Below are positions 29,652 through 37,576 of a stretch of 64,000 nucleotides of DNA, one piece after another. The notes under the pieces are model-generated. The model was not told where the DNA came from. It searched no databases and was given only the letters and a program-made list of their open reading frames with translations. The DNA comes from Candidatus Moraniibacteriota bacterium (GTDB taxonomy: Bacteria > Patescibacteriota > Minisyncoccia > Moranbacterales > UBA1568): contig JACPGV010000002.1 of the NCBI GenBank assembly GCA_016182385.1, positions 125,190 to 189,189 of the forward strand. The letters are read 5' to 3'. Made by a program: the position numbers and the translations under genes. Numbering within the stretch: position 1 is the first letter of the stretch; each line of letters starts with the position of its first letter.

Positions 29652-29853
29652 GAGAATAAACTATAAAAGCACCCAGTAATGGGTGCTTTTATAGTTTTGT
29701 TTTGAGGAGAGAGGGATGCGAACGGACAGGAACGAGTAGCGAGCGAAGGCGAGCTAAATGAGTGTCGACGGATGCGCGTGAGCAAGCATTCGTCGTTGCC
29801 CCGGGCAACGAAGTCGTCAGCAGACGACGAGGCGGAAATCCCTCCCTGCCCAC
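29652..29853 (+). repeat. tRNA-tail unit 1 at tRNA-Tyr (hairpin, anti-T-arm, structured core, 17-bp tRNA 3'-end copy)
   Basis: aatccctccctgcccac at 29635-29651 repeated at 29837-29853; gagggatgcgaac (29711-29723) is 12/13 antisense to the T-arm. Confidence 0.85.
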
Positions 29854-29976
29854 AAAAAGCAAAATCCCGTGCCATCAAGACACGGGATTTTGCTTTTTGG
29901 GTAGGAGGAAGCCAACTGCTTGGCTTCCGAGAGGGGTGAGAATCTTTACCCGCCTTTGGCGGGCCTCCCTACCCAC
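29854..29976 (+). repeat. tRNA-tail unit 2 at tRNA-Tyr
   Basis: 19-bp hairpin 29853-29899, then gggtagg...cctccctacccac (29964-29976) enclosing two small hairpins. Confidence 0.7.
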
Positions 29977-30084
29977 TGATCGACACAAAAGCGACTTGTC
30001 TCGCGCCGGGCATTTTTTTCTTTATGAGTTATAATGAAGAAACAGACTAAATTTTCGTTTAATTGAATGAATAAAATAATGATT

Positions 30085-30726
30085 ATGAAAAAAGTATTAG
30101 CAATGAGCTTGGTAGTGTTTGGTACGGTATTTTTGGCCGGATGTGGACAATGGCAAACAAGTCAGACACAGTTAACAACGCCGGCTCCTGTGGCACAACA
30201 ATCACCGATGGATTCTTCGGTTCCAACGCAGCCAACACTTCAGAAACAAGAAGTTCAAGATAAGACCGTGCCGGTTCCAAGCAACTGGACAACGTACACC
30301 GACTCCAGATATGGGTTTGAATTAAGATTACCAGGCGAACTAATCGAACAAATTTTTTTTGAAGGTTCGGTAACTGTTTCAGGAAAAACATACAAAACGA
30401 TTCAGTTGACGAATGTGGGCGCTAATGGGGAAAGCGTAAGGATTATTAAGGGATGGTCAAACCCCGCTATTGATCCGTATGGTAATAAGCAATACTCCAA
30501 TGAGCCACAAATTGCCTTAAGCGGAATAACGTGGAACGTGTTCTATAACCCAGAACAAGACTTGGCCGGTTGTGAGATGGCAACGTTTCAAACGCTGATG
30601 CCAAATGGAAACGACACGATTGTGGTTTACAAACATGATCCAACCGAATGCCCAGGTAATTCTGAAAAATCGCCGAGTATTGCTTTCCTCAAACAAGCGC
30701 TTTCTACTTTCAAGTTTACAAAATAA
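30085..30726 (+). CDS. Predicted lipoprotein, PsbP-like C-domain
   Basis: MKK...FLAGC lipobox, Pro/Gln linker, WTTYTDSRYGFELRLP, ends LSTFKFTK. Confidence 0.75.
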   Translation: MKKVLAMSLVVFGTVFLAGCGQWQTSQTQLTTPAPVAQQSPMDSSVPTQPTLQKQEVQDKTVPVPSNWTTYTDSRYGFELRLPGELIEQIFFEGSVTVSGKTYKTIQLTNVGANGESVRIIKGWSNPAIDPYGNKQYSNEPQIALSGITWNVFYNPEQDLAGCEMATFQTLMPNGNDTIVVYKHDPTECPGNSEKSPSIAFLKQALSTFKFTK

Positions 30727-30851
30727 GGCCGTCAAAACCCTTTCTTATTAGGAGTGGTGATTTTTATTTTTTCACTCTAGACTTTTTGTAAAAAAACGCT
30801 AGAATAAGAAAAGTCTCAACGAATAGTTGAGGCTCGTATTTTTGAAAATAA

Positions 30852-30924
30852 GCCGTTGTAGCTCAGCTGGTAGAGCACCACCATGGTAAGGTGGGGGTCA
30901 CCGGTTCAATCCCGGTCAACGGCT
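30852..30924 (+). tRNA. tRNA-Thr(GGT)
   Basis: Acceptor gccgttg/caacggc, ccacc-at-GGT-aa-ggtgg. Confidence 0.95.
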
Positions 30925-30926
30925 CA

Positions 30927-31093
30927 GAAATGACTTCAAGTCTGGTTTTTTGGAAGGTAAGAAAAAGCGGAGAAGGGGATTGAACGGGGAAGGGGTCGGG
31001 AAACGGGAGTTTCCTGTTCGGGGTGACAGCGCATCGCCAGAGGGCGGAAGCCCTATGGAGAGCGAAGCGAGTGAAATCCGAGTCAACGGCTCA
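30927..31093 (+). repeat. tRNA-tail unit at tRNA-Thr(GGT)
   Basis: gggattgaac (30976-30985) exact antisense to T-arm gttcaatccc; aatccgagtcaacggctca (31075-31093) is 17/19 identical to the tRNA 3' end. Confidence 0.8.
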
Positions 31094-31184
31094 AAAAGGA
31101 CGGAAAACCAAGGTTTGGTGTTGACGAAAAACGATTTTTCCCGTACAGTGAAAAAGCTTTGTAAATCGTTTGAAGGTTGGAATT

Positions 31185-31346
31185 ATGGGACAAATTAAGG
31201 ATACGTTGGCAAAAATGAAATGTTCCGCTTGCGGACGTATTACGCATTACACTAAACGGAACAAGAAAAAGGTAAAGGAAAAGCTCGAGCTCTCCAAATA
31301 CTGCCGTTTTTGCAAGAAGAACGTGACACACACCGAGAGCAAATAG
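31185..31346 (+). CDS. rpmG: 50S ribosomal protein L33 (zinc-binding form), not in ORF track
   Basis: Hand translation MGQIKDTLAKMKCSACGRITHYTKRNKKKVKEKLELSKYCRFCKKNVTHTESK; typical position between tRNA-Thr and tRNA-Trp. Confidence 0.93.
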   Translation: MGQIKDTLAKMKCSACGRITHYTKRNKKKVKEKLELSKYCRFCKKNVTHTESK

Positions 31347-31392
31347 CTCTCGGTTTTGGTATACTGTAGAGGTGATTAAAAAATGAGAAAAT

Positions 31393-31463
31393 GGGGGTGT
31401 CGTATAATGGTAGTACAAGGGTCTCCAAAACCCTTTGCGTGGGTTCGATTCCTACCACCCCTG
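31393..31463 (+). tRNA. tRNA-Trp(CCA)
   Basis: agggt-ct-CCA-aa-accct anticodon arm, GTTCGATTC T-loop. Confidence 0.93.
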
Positions 31464-31477
31464 CGGAATTGTTTTTT

Positions 31478-31549
31478 GGCCCCATCGTCTATCGGCTAGG
31501 ACATCAGGTTCTCATCCTGAAAAGAGGGGTTCGATTCCCCTTGGGGCTA
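31478..31549 (+). tRNA. tRNA-Glu(CTC)
   Basis: Acceptor ggcccca/tggggct, tcagg-tt-CTC-at-cctga. Confidence 0.95.
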
Positions 31550-31552
31550 CAG

Positions 31553-31705
31553 ATTAACCAAAACCTCCAGGAATCATCATGGAGGTTTTGGTTTATGTAT
31601 CTAGGGGGAATCGAAGGGCGCGAGTAGAATCTGAGCGAGCGAGGATTCTGTGTGTAGCGCCCAGGCTCCGAGTCGGAGCGAGGAGGATTCCCCTTGGGGC
31701 TACAG
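31553..31705 (+). repeat. tRNA-tail unit at tRNA-Glu(CTC); near-identical copy at 61049-61199
   Basis: gattccccttggggctacag at 31533-31552 repeated at 31686-31705; ctagggggaatcgaa (31601-31615) antisense to T-arm. Confidence 0.9.
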
Positions 31706-31769
31706 GTATTAATAAAAATCACCCTTCTTTTTAGAGGGAGTGATTTTTATTGGGATTTTTCGTACTGAC

Positions 31770-31824
31770 TTGACAGGAGCAGATAATTTTCCTATAAAGC
31801 TATTTCAGCACTTTAATAGGAGGA
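31770..31824 (+). promoter_or_regulatory. Sigma70-type promoter and SD for the 31831 gene
   Basis: TTGACA-17-TATAAA followed by aggagg. Confidence 0.7.
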
Positions 31825-31830
31825 AGTGTC

Positions 31831-32490
31831 ATGAAAGTTCTTTTTTGTATTTTTTTGTTTTTGTTTCAGGGCGTTTCATTCGCTCAGAGCATTTCGCTTG
31901 AAGGAGGGTCGTTGATTGTTCCCTCCCGGTATCCCTACGCTGATAAGCCCTTGGTGACGGGCCCTGTTGTGGTTAGTTGCCACAATAGCGACTGCCGATA
32001 TGTGATAAAGCAAAAGAAGGGCTTTAAAGACGCCGGAGCGCTAGTGTTTGAAAGCGTTTCGGGTGGTTTCGGATGGTATGGAATTCTCGGTAGTTTTGAA
32101 CATTCCTCCCTCGTTGTTAATGAGAATATCCCGCCAGTCTGTGGTGTTAGAGGTGGCTGTATGCGTCTTCCGAGTCATTTTTCTGTCGTTAAAAAGGAGC
32201 GGCAGATATATGGAGGCGTGGGAATCTCGTATCATCAGAGTTTGACCAAGCAGGTAAATATCGTTTGGCAACTTGGGGTAGCAGGGAACGTGAACAGGGA
32301 TAAAGAATTATTCGCTACCCGGCACCAATTCCAGCTTGCTATAAAGGGAGAATACAAGCTGGATCGTCATGTTGGTATCGTGGCGGGGTATACGCACTCT
32401 TCCAATGGATACGATTTACGCATCCCGGGAAGTAAAAGACCGAACGCGGCAGTAGAGCGTCTGTCGTTCGGGATGCGCTACACGTTTTGA
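31831..32490 (+). CDS. PagL/acyloxyacyl-hydrolase-like beta-barrel protein
   Basis: Signal peptide, alternating beta-strand pattern, YTHSSNG...PNAAVE resembling the PagL HxSN motif, terminal Y-x-F. Confidence 0.6.
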   Translation: MKVLFCIFLFLFQGVSFAQSISLEGGSLIVPSRYPYADKPLVTGPVVVSCHNSDCRYVIKQKKGFKDAGALVFESVSGGFGWYGILGSFEHSSLVVNENIPPVCGVRGGCMRLPSHFSVVKKERQIYGGVGISYHQSLTKQVNIVWQLGVAGNVNRDKELFATRHQFQLAIKGEYKLDRHVGIVAGYTHSSNGYDLRIPGSKRPNAAVERLSFGMRYTF

Positions 32491-32599
32491 TTTTTGACTG
32501 CCTTGAGCAGTCTTTTTTTTGTCGAAATACGGATTTGCGTATAGTAAGGCTTTGATTGTGTGAGGTGTGCTAAAATATATTTGTTTAATATTATCTTTT

Positions 32600-33313
32600 A
32601 TGTCTACCCTTATTTTCGATATTGAGACTGTCGGGGAGGATTTTGATTCTCTCGACGAAACGAGCCAAGACGTGCTCACACGTTGGATCAAGAAGGAATC
32701 TGAAAGCGGAGAGAGCTACACGACGGCTTTGGGCGATCTGAAGAACGGAATGGGCTTTTCGCCGCTTACGGGATCTATCATCACTATTGGGATGTATGAT
32801 GGCGAGCGGGGACGTGGCGCAGTGTATTATCAATCCTCGCCCGGTAGGGAAGACAAGAACTTCGAAGAAGACGTCTATAAGTTCGAAGTGATGACGGAAG
32901 AGGAAATGCTTCGGAAATTCTGGGACGTGGTGGAAAAGTATGATACGTTTGTCACCTTCAATGGTCGTCAGTTCGATGTACCGTTTCTCATGGTGCGTTC
33001 GGCGATTCACGGTATCCGTCCGACAAAAAACCTTCTCGCCAATCGTTATCTCAACTATCATCCGCAGAACGCGCGGCATATCGATCTGTATGATCAGCTC
33101 ACATTCTACGGGGCGATGCGGAAGAAAGGGAGTCTTCATCTTTGGTGTCGGGCATTTGATATTGAAAGCCCCAAGGCACAGGGTGTCGACGGCGATGATG
33201 TGAAGACGCTTTTTGACCGGGGTCAGAGCGCGGATGTCGCTCGTTACAATTCCCGTGATCTCAAGGCCACGTACGAACTCTATCGAAAGTATGTAGATTA
33301 CCTGCAGTTCTAA
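32600..33313 (+). CDS. PolB-like DEDD 3'-5' exonuclease (RNase H-like fold)
   Basis: FDIET (ExoI), TFNGRQFDVPFL (ExoII), YNSRDL (ExoIII). Confidence 0.88.
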   Translation: MSTLIFDIETVGEDFDSLDETSQDVLTRWIKKESESGESYTTALGDLKNGMGFSPLTGSIITIGMYDGERGRGAVYYQSSPGREDKNFEEDVYKFEVMTEEEMLRKFWDVVEKYDTFVTFNGRQFDVPFLMVRSAIHGIRPTKNLLANRYLNYHPQNARHIDLYDQLTFYGAMRKKGSLHLWCRAFDIESPKAQGVDGDDVKTLFDRGQSADVARYNSRDLKATYELYRKYVDYLQF

Positions 33314-33384
33314 TTATCCCTTGTTTTCAGTATTTTTTCCTGCTATACTCTCGACTATACATTTCGGTTTTTTTCAAGAAAACT

Positions 33385-34461
33385 ATGGGAATTGAAGACG
33401 AATTAAAGGTATTTAAAGCGCGTCTCGATAAGAAGATTGAGGCTCATTTTTCCTCGGTTATACAAGAAACAAAAAAGGAGGACGAGTTTGTCGCTTCTAC
33501 TTTGGAGTACGCAAAGGAGATGTTGCTTGGTGGTGGTAAACGACTGAGGGCCGCCTTTATGTATCATGGATATTTGGGCGCTGGTGGGAGAGAGGAAGAA
33601 AAGATCCTTTTGGCATCGATGAGTATTGAATATATACATCTTTTTCTTTTGGTACATGACGACATCATCGATCGGGATGATCAGCGCCATGGCTTTGAGA
33701 CGCTTCATCGATATTATGCCAATAAAGGAAAATATCTTTTTCCAAAAAAAGACACAGAACACTTTGGTAATGCCATGGCGATTATTGTCGGAGATGTTTT
33801 GAGCGCTTTAGGTAATGACATTATTTTTCGTTCAGATTTTCCTTTGGAGAAAAAATTCGCCGCACTTTCCAAGCTGCAAAATATTATTTCGTATACCGTT
33901 ATCGGACAAACGCGGGATGTATATATGGAATATTTAGGGAAAGCGAGCGAGGAAGAAATTCTTGCCATGTATAAAAATAAGACTGCCAAATATACCGTTG
34001 AGGGGCCGCTTCACCTCGGAGCTCTTTTGGCGGGAGCCGATGAAGCGCTTCTGGAAAAATTTTCCGCTTACGCGATACCACTCGGTATTGCTTTTCAGAT
34101 ACAGGATGATATTTTGGGTATTTTTGGAGATGAACAACGTTTGGGAAAGCCGGTCGGGTCGGACATCAAGGAAGGGAAAATTACCCTTTTGGTGACGAAG
34201 GCTCTGCACAGGGGATCGGCGGTAGAGCAAAAACGCATTCGAGAGATTCTTTCTTTGGGGGAACGTCTTACAAGAGATGATATCGTGGAATTTCGTGGTT
34301 TGATAGAAAAAACCGGCGCTCTCGATGCCACAAAAAAACTGGCGCTTGAATATATAGAGAAAGGAAAGGAGACTTTAGAAGGTTTGCGCGGCACGCTTAA
34401 GGAACCGTCATGGAAATTTCTTTCTGATATTGCTTTGTATATGTGTCAACGAAAATATTAA
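33385..34461 (+). CDS. Polyprenyl diphosphate synthase (trans-prenyltransferase)
   Basis: GGKRLR, LVHDDIIDRDDQRHG, KTAKYT, AFQIQDDILG. Confidence 0.94.
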   Translation: MGIEDELKVFKARLDKKIEAHFSSVIQETKKEDEFVASTLEYAKEMLLGGGKRLRAAFMYHGYLGAGGREEEKILLASMSIEYIHLFLLVHDDIIDRDDQRHGFETLHRYYANKGKYLFPKKDTEHFGNAMAIIVGDVLSALGNDIIFRSDFPLEKKFAALSKLQNIISYTVIGQTRDVYMEYLGKASEEEILAMYKNKTAKYTVEGPLHLGALLAGADEALLEKFSAYAIPLGIAFQIQDDILGIFGDEQRLGKPVGSDIKEGKITLLVTKALHRGSAVEQKRIREILSLGERLTRDDIVEFRGLIEKTGALDATKKLALEYIEKGKETLEGLRGTLKEPSWKFLSDIALYMCQRKY

Positions 34462-34472
34462 TTTTTTCTATT

Positions 34473-35192
34473 ATGTCCCAAACAGAAGAAAAAGATTTTA
34501 TCCCTCGGCATGTGGTGATTATTCCTGATGGAAATCGTCGCTTTGCTTCCGAAAGAGGATGGGAGCCATGGGAAGGGCATGAGGCTGGAGCAAAAAATAC
34601 GGAAAAAATTGTTAAAGAAGCTCGACGTTTGGGTATTCGGGAACTTTCTTTTTGGGGATCGTCGCTTGAAAATTTGAGCAAGCGACCATTTGCCGAGAGT
34701 CAAGCGCTTCTCCGTATCTACGAAACCTATTTTAAGAAAATACTTACCGGGGAAGATATTCATAAGGATCAAGTACGTATTCGTTGTATTGGTCGTTGGG
34801 AGGAACAATTTCCTGAATCTTTAAAGAAAACAATCGCTGAATGTTTGCAGGTAACCAAAGGATACGACAAATTTTCCCTTAATTTTTTCCTGGCTTATTC
34901 CGGAGATGATGAAATGCGAGAGGCCTTTGAAAAAGTGGCTATGCGTCTTGAGCCGGGAAAGAAAGTGACAAACGAGATGATAAAGCAAAATCTTATGACA
35001 CGTGAGTTGCCACCAGTCGATCTCCTCATCCGTACGGGAGGGGAGCCACATTTATCGGCGGGGTTTATGATGTGGGATATTGCCAATACACAGTTGTATT
35101 TTTCAGAAAAATATTACCCTGATTTTGACGAAAAAGCTTTTGAAGAGGCTCTTTTGGAATATGCCGCCCGAGGGCGTCGTTTTGGAAAATAG
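34473..35192 (+). CDS. uppS: Undecaprenyl diphosphate synthase
   Basis: PRHVVIIPDGNRR, DLLIRTGGE.HLS, RRFGK. Confidence 0.95.
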   Translation: MSQTEEKDFIPRHVVIIPDGNRRFASERGWEPWEGHEAGAKNTEKIVKEARRLGIRELSFWGSSLENLSKRPFAESQALLRIYETYFKKILTGEDIHKDQVRIRCIGRWEEQFPESLKKTIAECLQVTKGYDKFSLNFFLAYSGDDEMREAFEKVAMRLEPGKKVTNEMIKQNLMTRELPPVDLLIRTGGEPHLSAGFMMWDIANTQLYFSEKYYPDFDEKAFEEALLEYAARGRRFGK

Positions 35193-35232
35193 CCCTTTTT
35201 TCTTGTTAAAAATAGGAACCGTATTTTTGGGT

Positions 35233-35261
35233 TTGACAATATTTTAATCTTCCTCTACAAT
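35233..35261 (+). promoter_or_regulatory. Promoter of the infA-rpsI operon
   Basis: TTGACA-17-TACAAT. Confidence 0.7.
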
Positions 35262-35427
35262 ACAGGGTACATTTTGAAAAACTGCATAGAAAGCGGAAAA
35301 GAGAGGGTTTGCAAGAACGCGTTTCAGGAACGAGGAAAGAATTGCTTACCAGACGAAGACTTCTCTATTTTTTTGTTGTTAGATGATATTCTCTTTTTTG
35401 TTTTTCAGCCGTTTCCAAAAGTACTCT

Positions 35428-35649
35428 ATGGCAAATAATAAGGAACTGATTCGTGTTGAGGGAGAGGTAATAGAAACTTTACCGAGTACCACATTTCGTG
35501 TTCGTCTTGATAACGGCCATGAAGTTCTCGCTCATATTTCCGGTCGGATGCGAGTGCATTATATCCGCCTTCTTCCCGGGGATCGAGTTACTTTGGAGAT
35601 GAGTCCCTACGATCTTTCCAAAGGAAGAATCGTGCAGAGAATGAAATAA
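35428..35649 (+). CDS. infA: Translation initiation factor IF-1
   Basis: [29 protein letters not shown]. Confidence 0.97.
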   Translation: MANNKELIRVEGEVIETLPSTTFRVRLDNGHEVLAHISGRMRVHYIRLLPGDRVTLEMSPYDLSKGRIVQRMK

Positions 35650-35736
35650 AATGTTCCTCTTACAATATACGCGGAGAAGCGCGAGGGAGAAGGTTCGTAT
35701 ATTGGTAAAATTTGTAAAATTCCAAGTCATCATTAT

Positions 35737-35850
35737 ATGAAGGTACGTGCCTCAATCAAAAAAATTTGTGCTCATTGCAAAATCGTGAAGCGCCGAGGGG
35801 TGCTCTATGTTATTTGTGTGAATCCCAAGCACAAACAGCGCCAAGGTTAA
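35737..35850 (+). CDS. rpmJ: 50S ribosomal protein L36, not in ORF track
   Basis: Hand translation [37 protein letters not shown]. Confidence 0.97.
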   Translation: MKVRASIKKICAHCKIVKRRGVLYVICVNPKHKQRQG

Positions 35851-35925
35851 ACGGTTTTGGTTTCGTGGTATGGAGTGAGCAAAAGAGAGGCTCCAAACCA
35901 ATAGCAAACAACTAAAAATTACACT

Positions 35926-36315
35926 ATGATTCGTATCGCCGGTATCAACATCCCTGATAATAAGAGAATTGAAGTCGCATTGACATATATTTATGGCATT
36001 GGTTTGCCGACGAGTCAGAAAATTCTTCGGGAGCTTGATATTGATGCTGATATACGGACAAAAGATATTCCTAATGAAGTAGCGAACCGTTTGCGTGAAG
36101 CTATCGAGAAGAAGCATCGGGTTGAAGGGGAGCTTCGCCATGTTGTCAAACAAAACATCAAACGCTTGAAAGAAATCGGTTGTTATAGGGGAACTCGTCA
36201 TCAGAAAGGACTTCCTTGCCGTGGTCAGCGCACCAAGACCAATACGCGTACTATCCGCGGGAATGTGCGTAAGACTATGGGCAGTGGTCGTAAGAAGGCG
36301 TCGGATAAGACATAA
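35926..36315 (+). CDS. rpsM: 30S ribosomal protein S13
   Basis: RIAGINIP, LTYIYGIG, RGQRTKTN. Confidence 0.97.
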   Translation: MIRIAGINIPDNKRIEVALTYIYGIGLPTSQKILRELDIDADIRTKDIPNEVANRLREAIEKKHRVEGELRHVVKQNIKRLKEIGCYRGTRHQKGLPCRGQRTKTNTRTIRGNVRKTMGSGRKKASDKT

Positions 36316-36411
36316 AATGAAGTTTTATAGCTCCCGATAAACCCCCGAAGAATATTTTGGAGTTATGCCGGAAGCGAGAAATTGAAAGCTAACAGCTATT
36401 AAGTGTACTTT

Positions 36412-36840
36412 ATGGAAGAAACAGTGAAGACAACTGAAACTACGGAAGCCTCTGAGGCGACAGCCGCAAAAAAGACGAAGAAGTCAAAGCGGCAAATTCT
36501 CAAAGGAAGAGTGAGTATTCAGTGTACCTATAACAACACCATTATTACTATTGCCGATATGAACGGTGCTGTTTTGGGATGGTCTAGCTCTGGCCATTTG
36601 AGTTTCAAGGGTGCAAAAAAATCCACTCCTTATGCTGCTACCCAAGTGGTTGCCGACGTATCGGAGAAGGTGAAGAAATACGGTTTGCAGGAATTGGAAG
36701 TTTTTGTAAAAGGTGTGGGGAGTGGTCGCGAGGCGTCTATTCGCGCTTTGGTAAATAACGGTTTTAATTTAACGACGATTAAGGATATCACTCCTATTCC
36801 TCATAATGGTTGTCGTCCACGTCGTCCACGTCGTATTTAA
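36412..36840 (+). CDS. rpsK: 30S ribosomal protein S11
   Basis: YNNTIITI, KKSTPYAA, TPIPHNGCRP. Confidence 0.97.
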   Translation: MEETVKTTETTEASEATAAKKTKKSKRQILKGRVSIQCTYNNTIITIADMNGAVLGWSSSGHLSFKGAKKSTPYAATQVVADVSEKVKKYGLQELEVFVKGVGSGREASIRALVNNGFNLTTIKDITPIPHNGCRPRRPRRI

Positions 36841-36852
36841 TGGAATTGGTAT

Positions 36853-37485
36853 ATGGCTAATAATCTTGATGCAAAATGTAGGCTTTGTCGTCGTTCCGGA
36901 GAGAAACTTTTTCTCAAGGGAGATCGTTGTCTGTCGCCAAAGTGCGCTATGGTTCGTCGACCGTATGCTCCTGGTATTCATGGTCATACGCCTTCGCGTG
37001 GTGGAAGTGAATTCGGAAGACAGCTCGCGATGAAACAAAAGATCAAGCGATTGTACGGAGTCATGGAGCGGCAATTTCGTCATCATTTTGATGAGGTGCG
37101 AAAGACACCGGGTATTACCGGAGACCAGCTTCTTTCTCGCTTGGAACGTCGTTTGGATAATGTCGTGTATCGATTGGGTTTCGCGGCTTCTCGGAGCCAG
37201 GCAAAACAACTTGTTTCGCACAAGATGTTTGAAATAAACGGAAAACGCGTGAACATACCCTCTTTTGAAGTACGCGTTGGTGATGTGATTGTTCTCAAAG
37301 AAAACAAGAAAGAAAAACAATTTTTCAAAACACAATCGGAAATTTTGAAAAATAAGAAGGATGTGCCTCATTGGCTGGAACTTGATGCGGAAAAACTTTC
37401 CGGGAAGGTCTTGGCTATGCCTGGTCGTGACGATGTTGGTGTTCGAGTTGATGCTCAGATGGTTGTCGAATATTATTCCAAGTAA
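36853..37485 (+). CDS. rpsD: 30S ribosomal protein S4 (zinc-binding form)
   Basis: KCRLCRR..KLFLKGDRC, LERRLDNVVYRLGFA, VVEYYSK. Confidence 0.97.
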   Translation: MANNLDAKCRLCRRSGEKLFLKGDRCLSPKCAMVRRPYAPGIHGHTPSRGGSEFGRQLAMKQKIKRLYGVMERQFRHHFDEVRKTPGITGDQLLSRLERRLDNVVYRLGFAASRSQAKQLVSHKMFEINGKRVNIPSFEVRVGDVIVLKENKKEKQFFKTQSEILKNKKDVPHWLELDAEKLSGKVLAMPGRDDVGVRVDAQMVVEYYSK

Positions 37486-37576
37486 TTTTTTAATTAATAC
37501 GTAAGTGCCTAACATGTTTCCGGTGAAAGGTTATTGACAAAGGGGTCCGACCGTTCATCCGAAACTAAAAAATGGT

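Noticed and set aside
29585-30034. ORFs 29585-29878 (-) and 29762-30034 (+)
   Set aside because: They overlap tRNA-Tyr and palindromic repeats; open frames are expected by chance in GC-rich hairpin DNA.
31504-31722. 72-aa minus-strand ORF nearly identical to the 71-aa ORF at 61000-61215
   Set aside because: Both are antisense translations of the duplicated tRNA-Glu plus tail unit and overlap tRNA genes; no SD.
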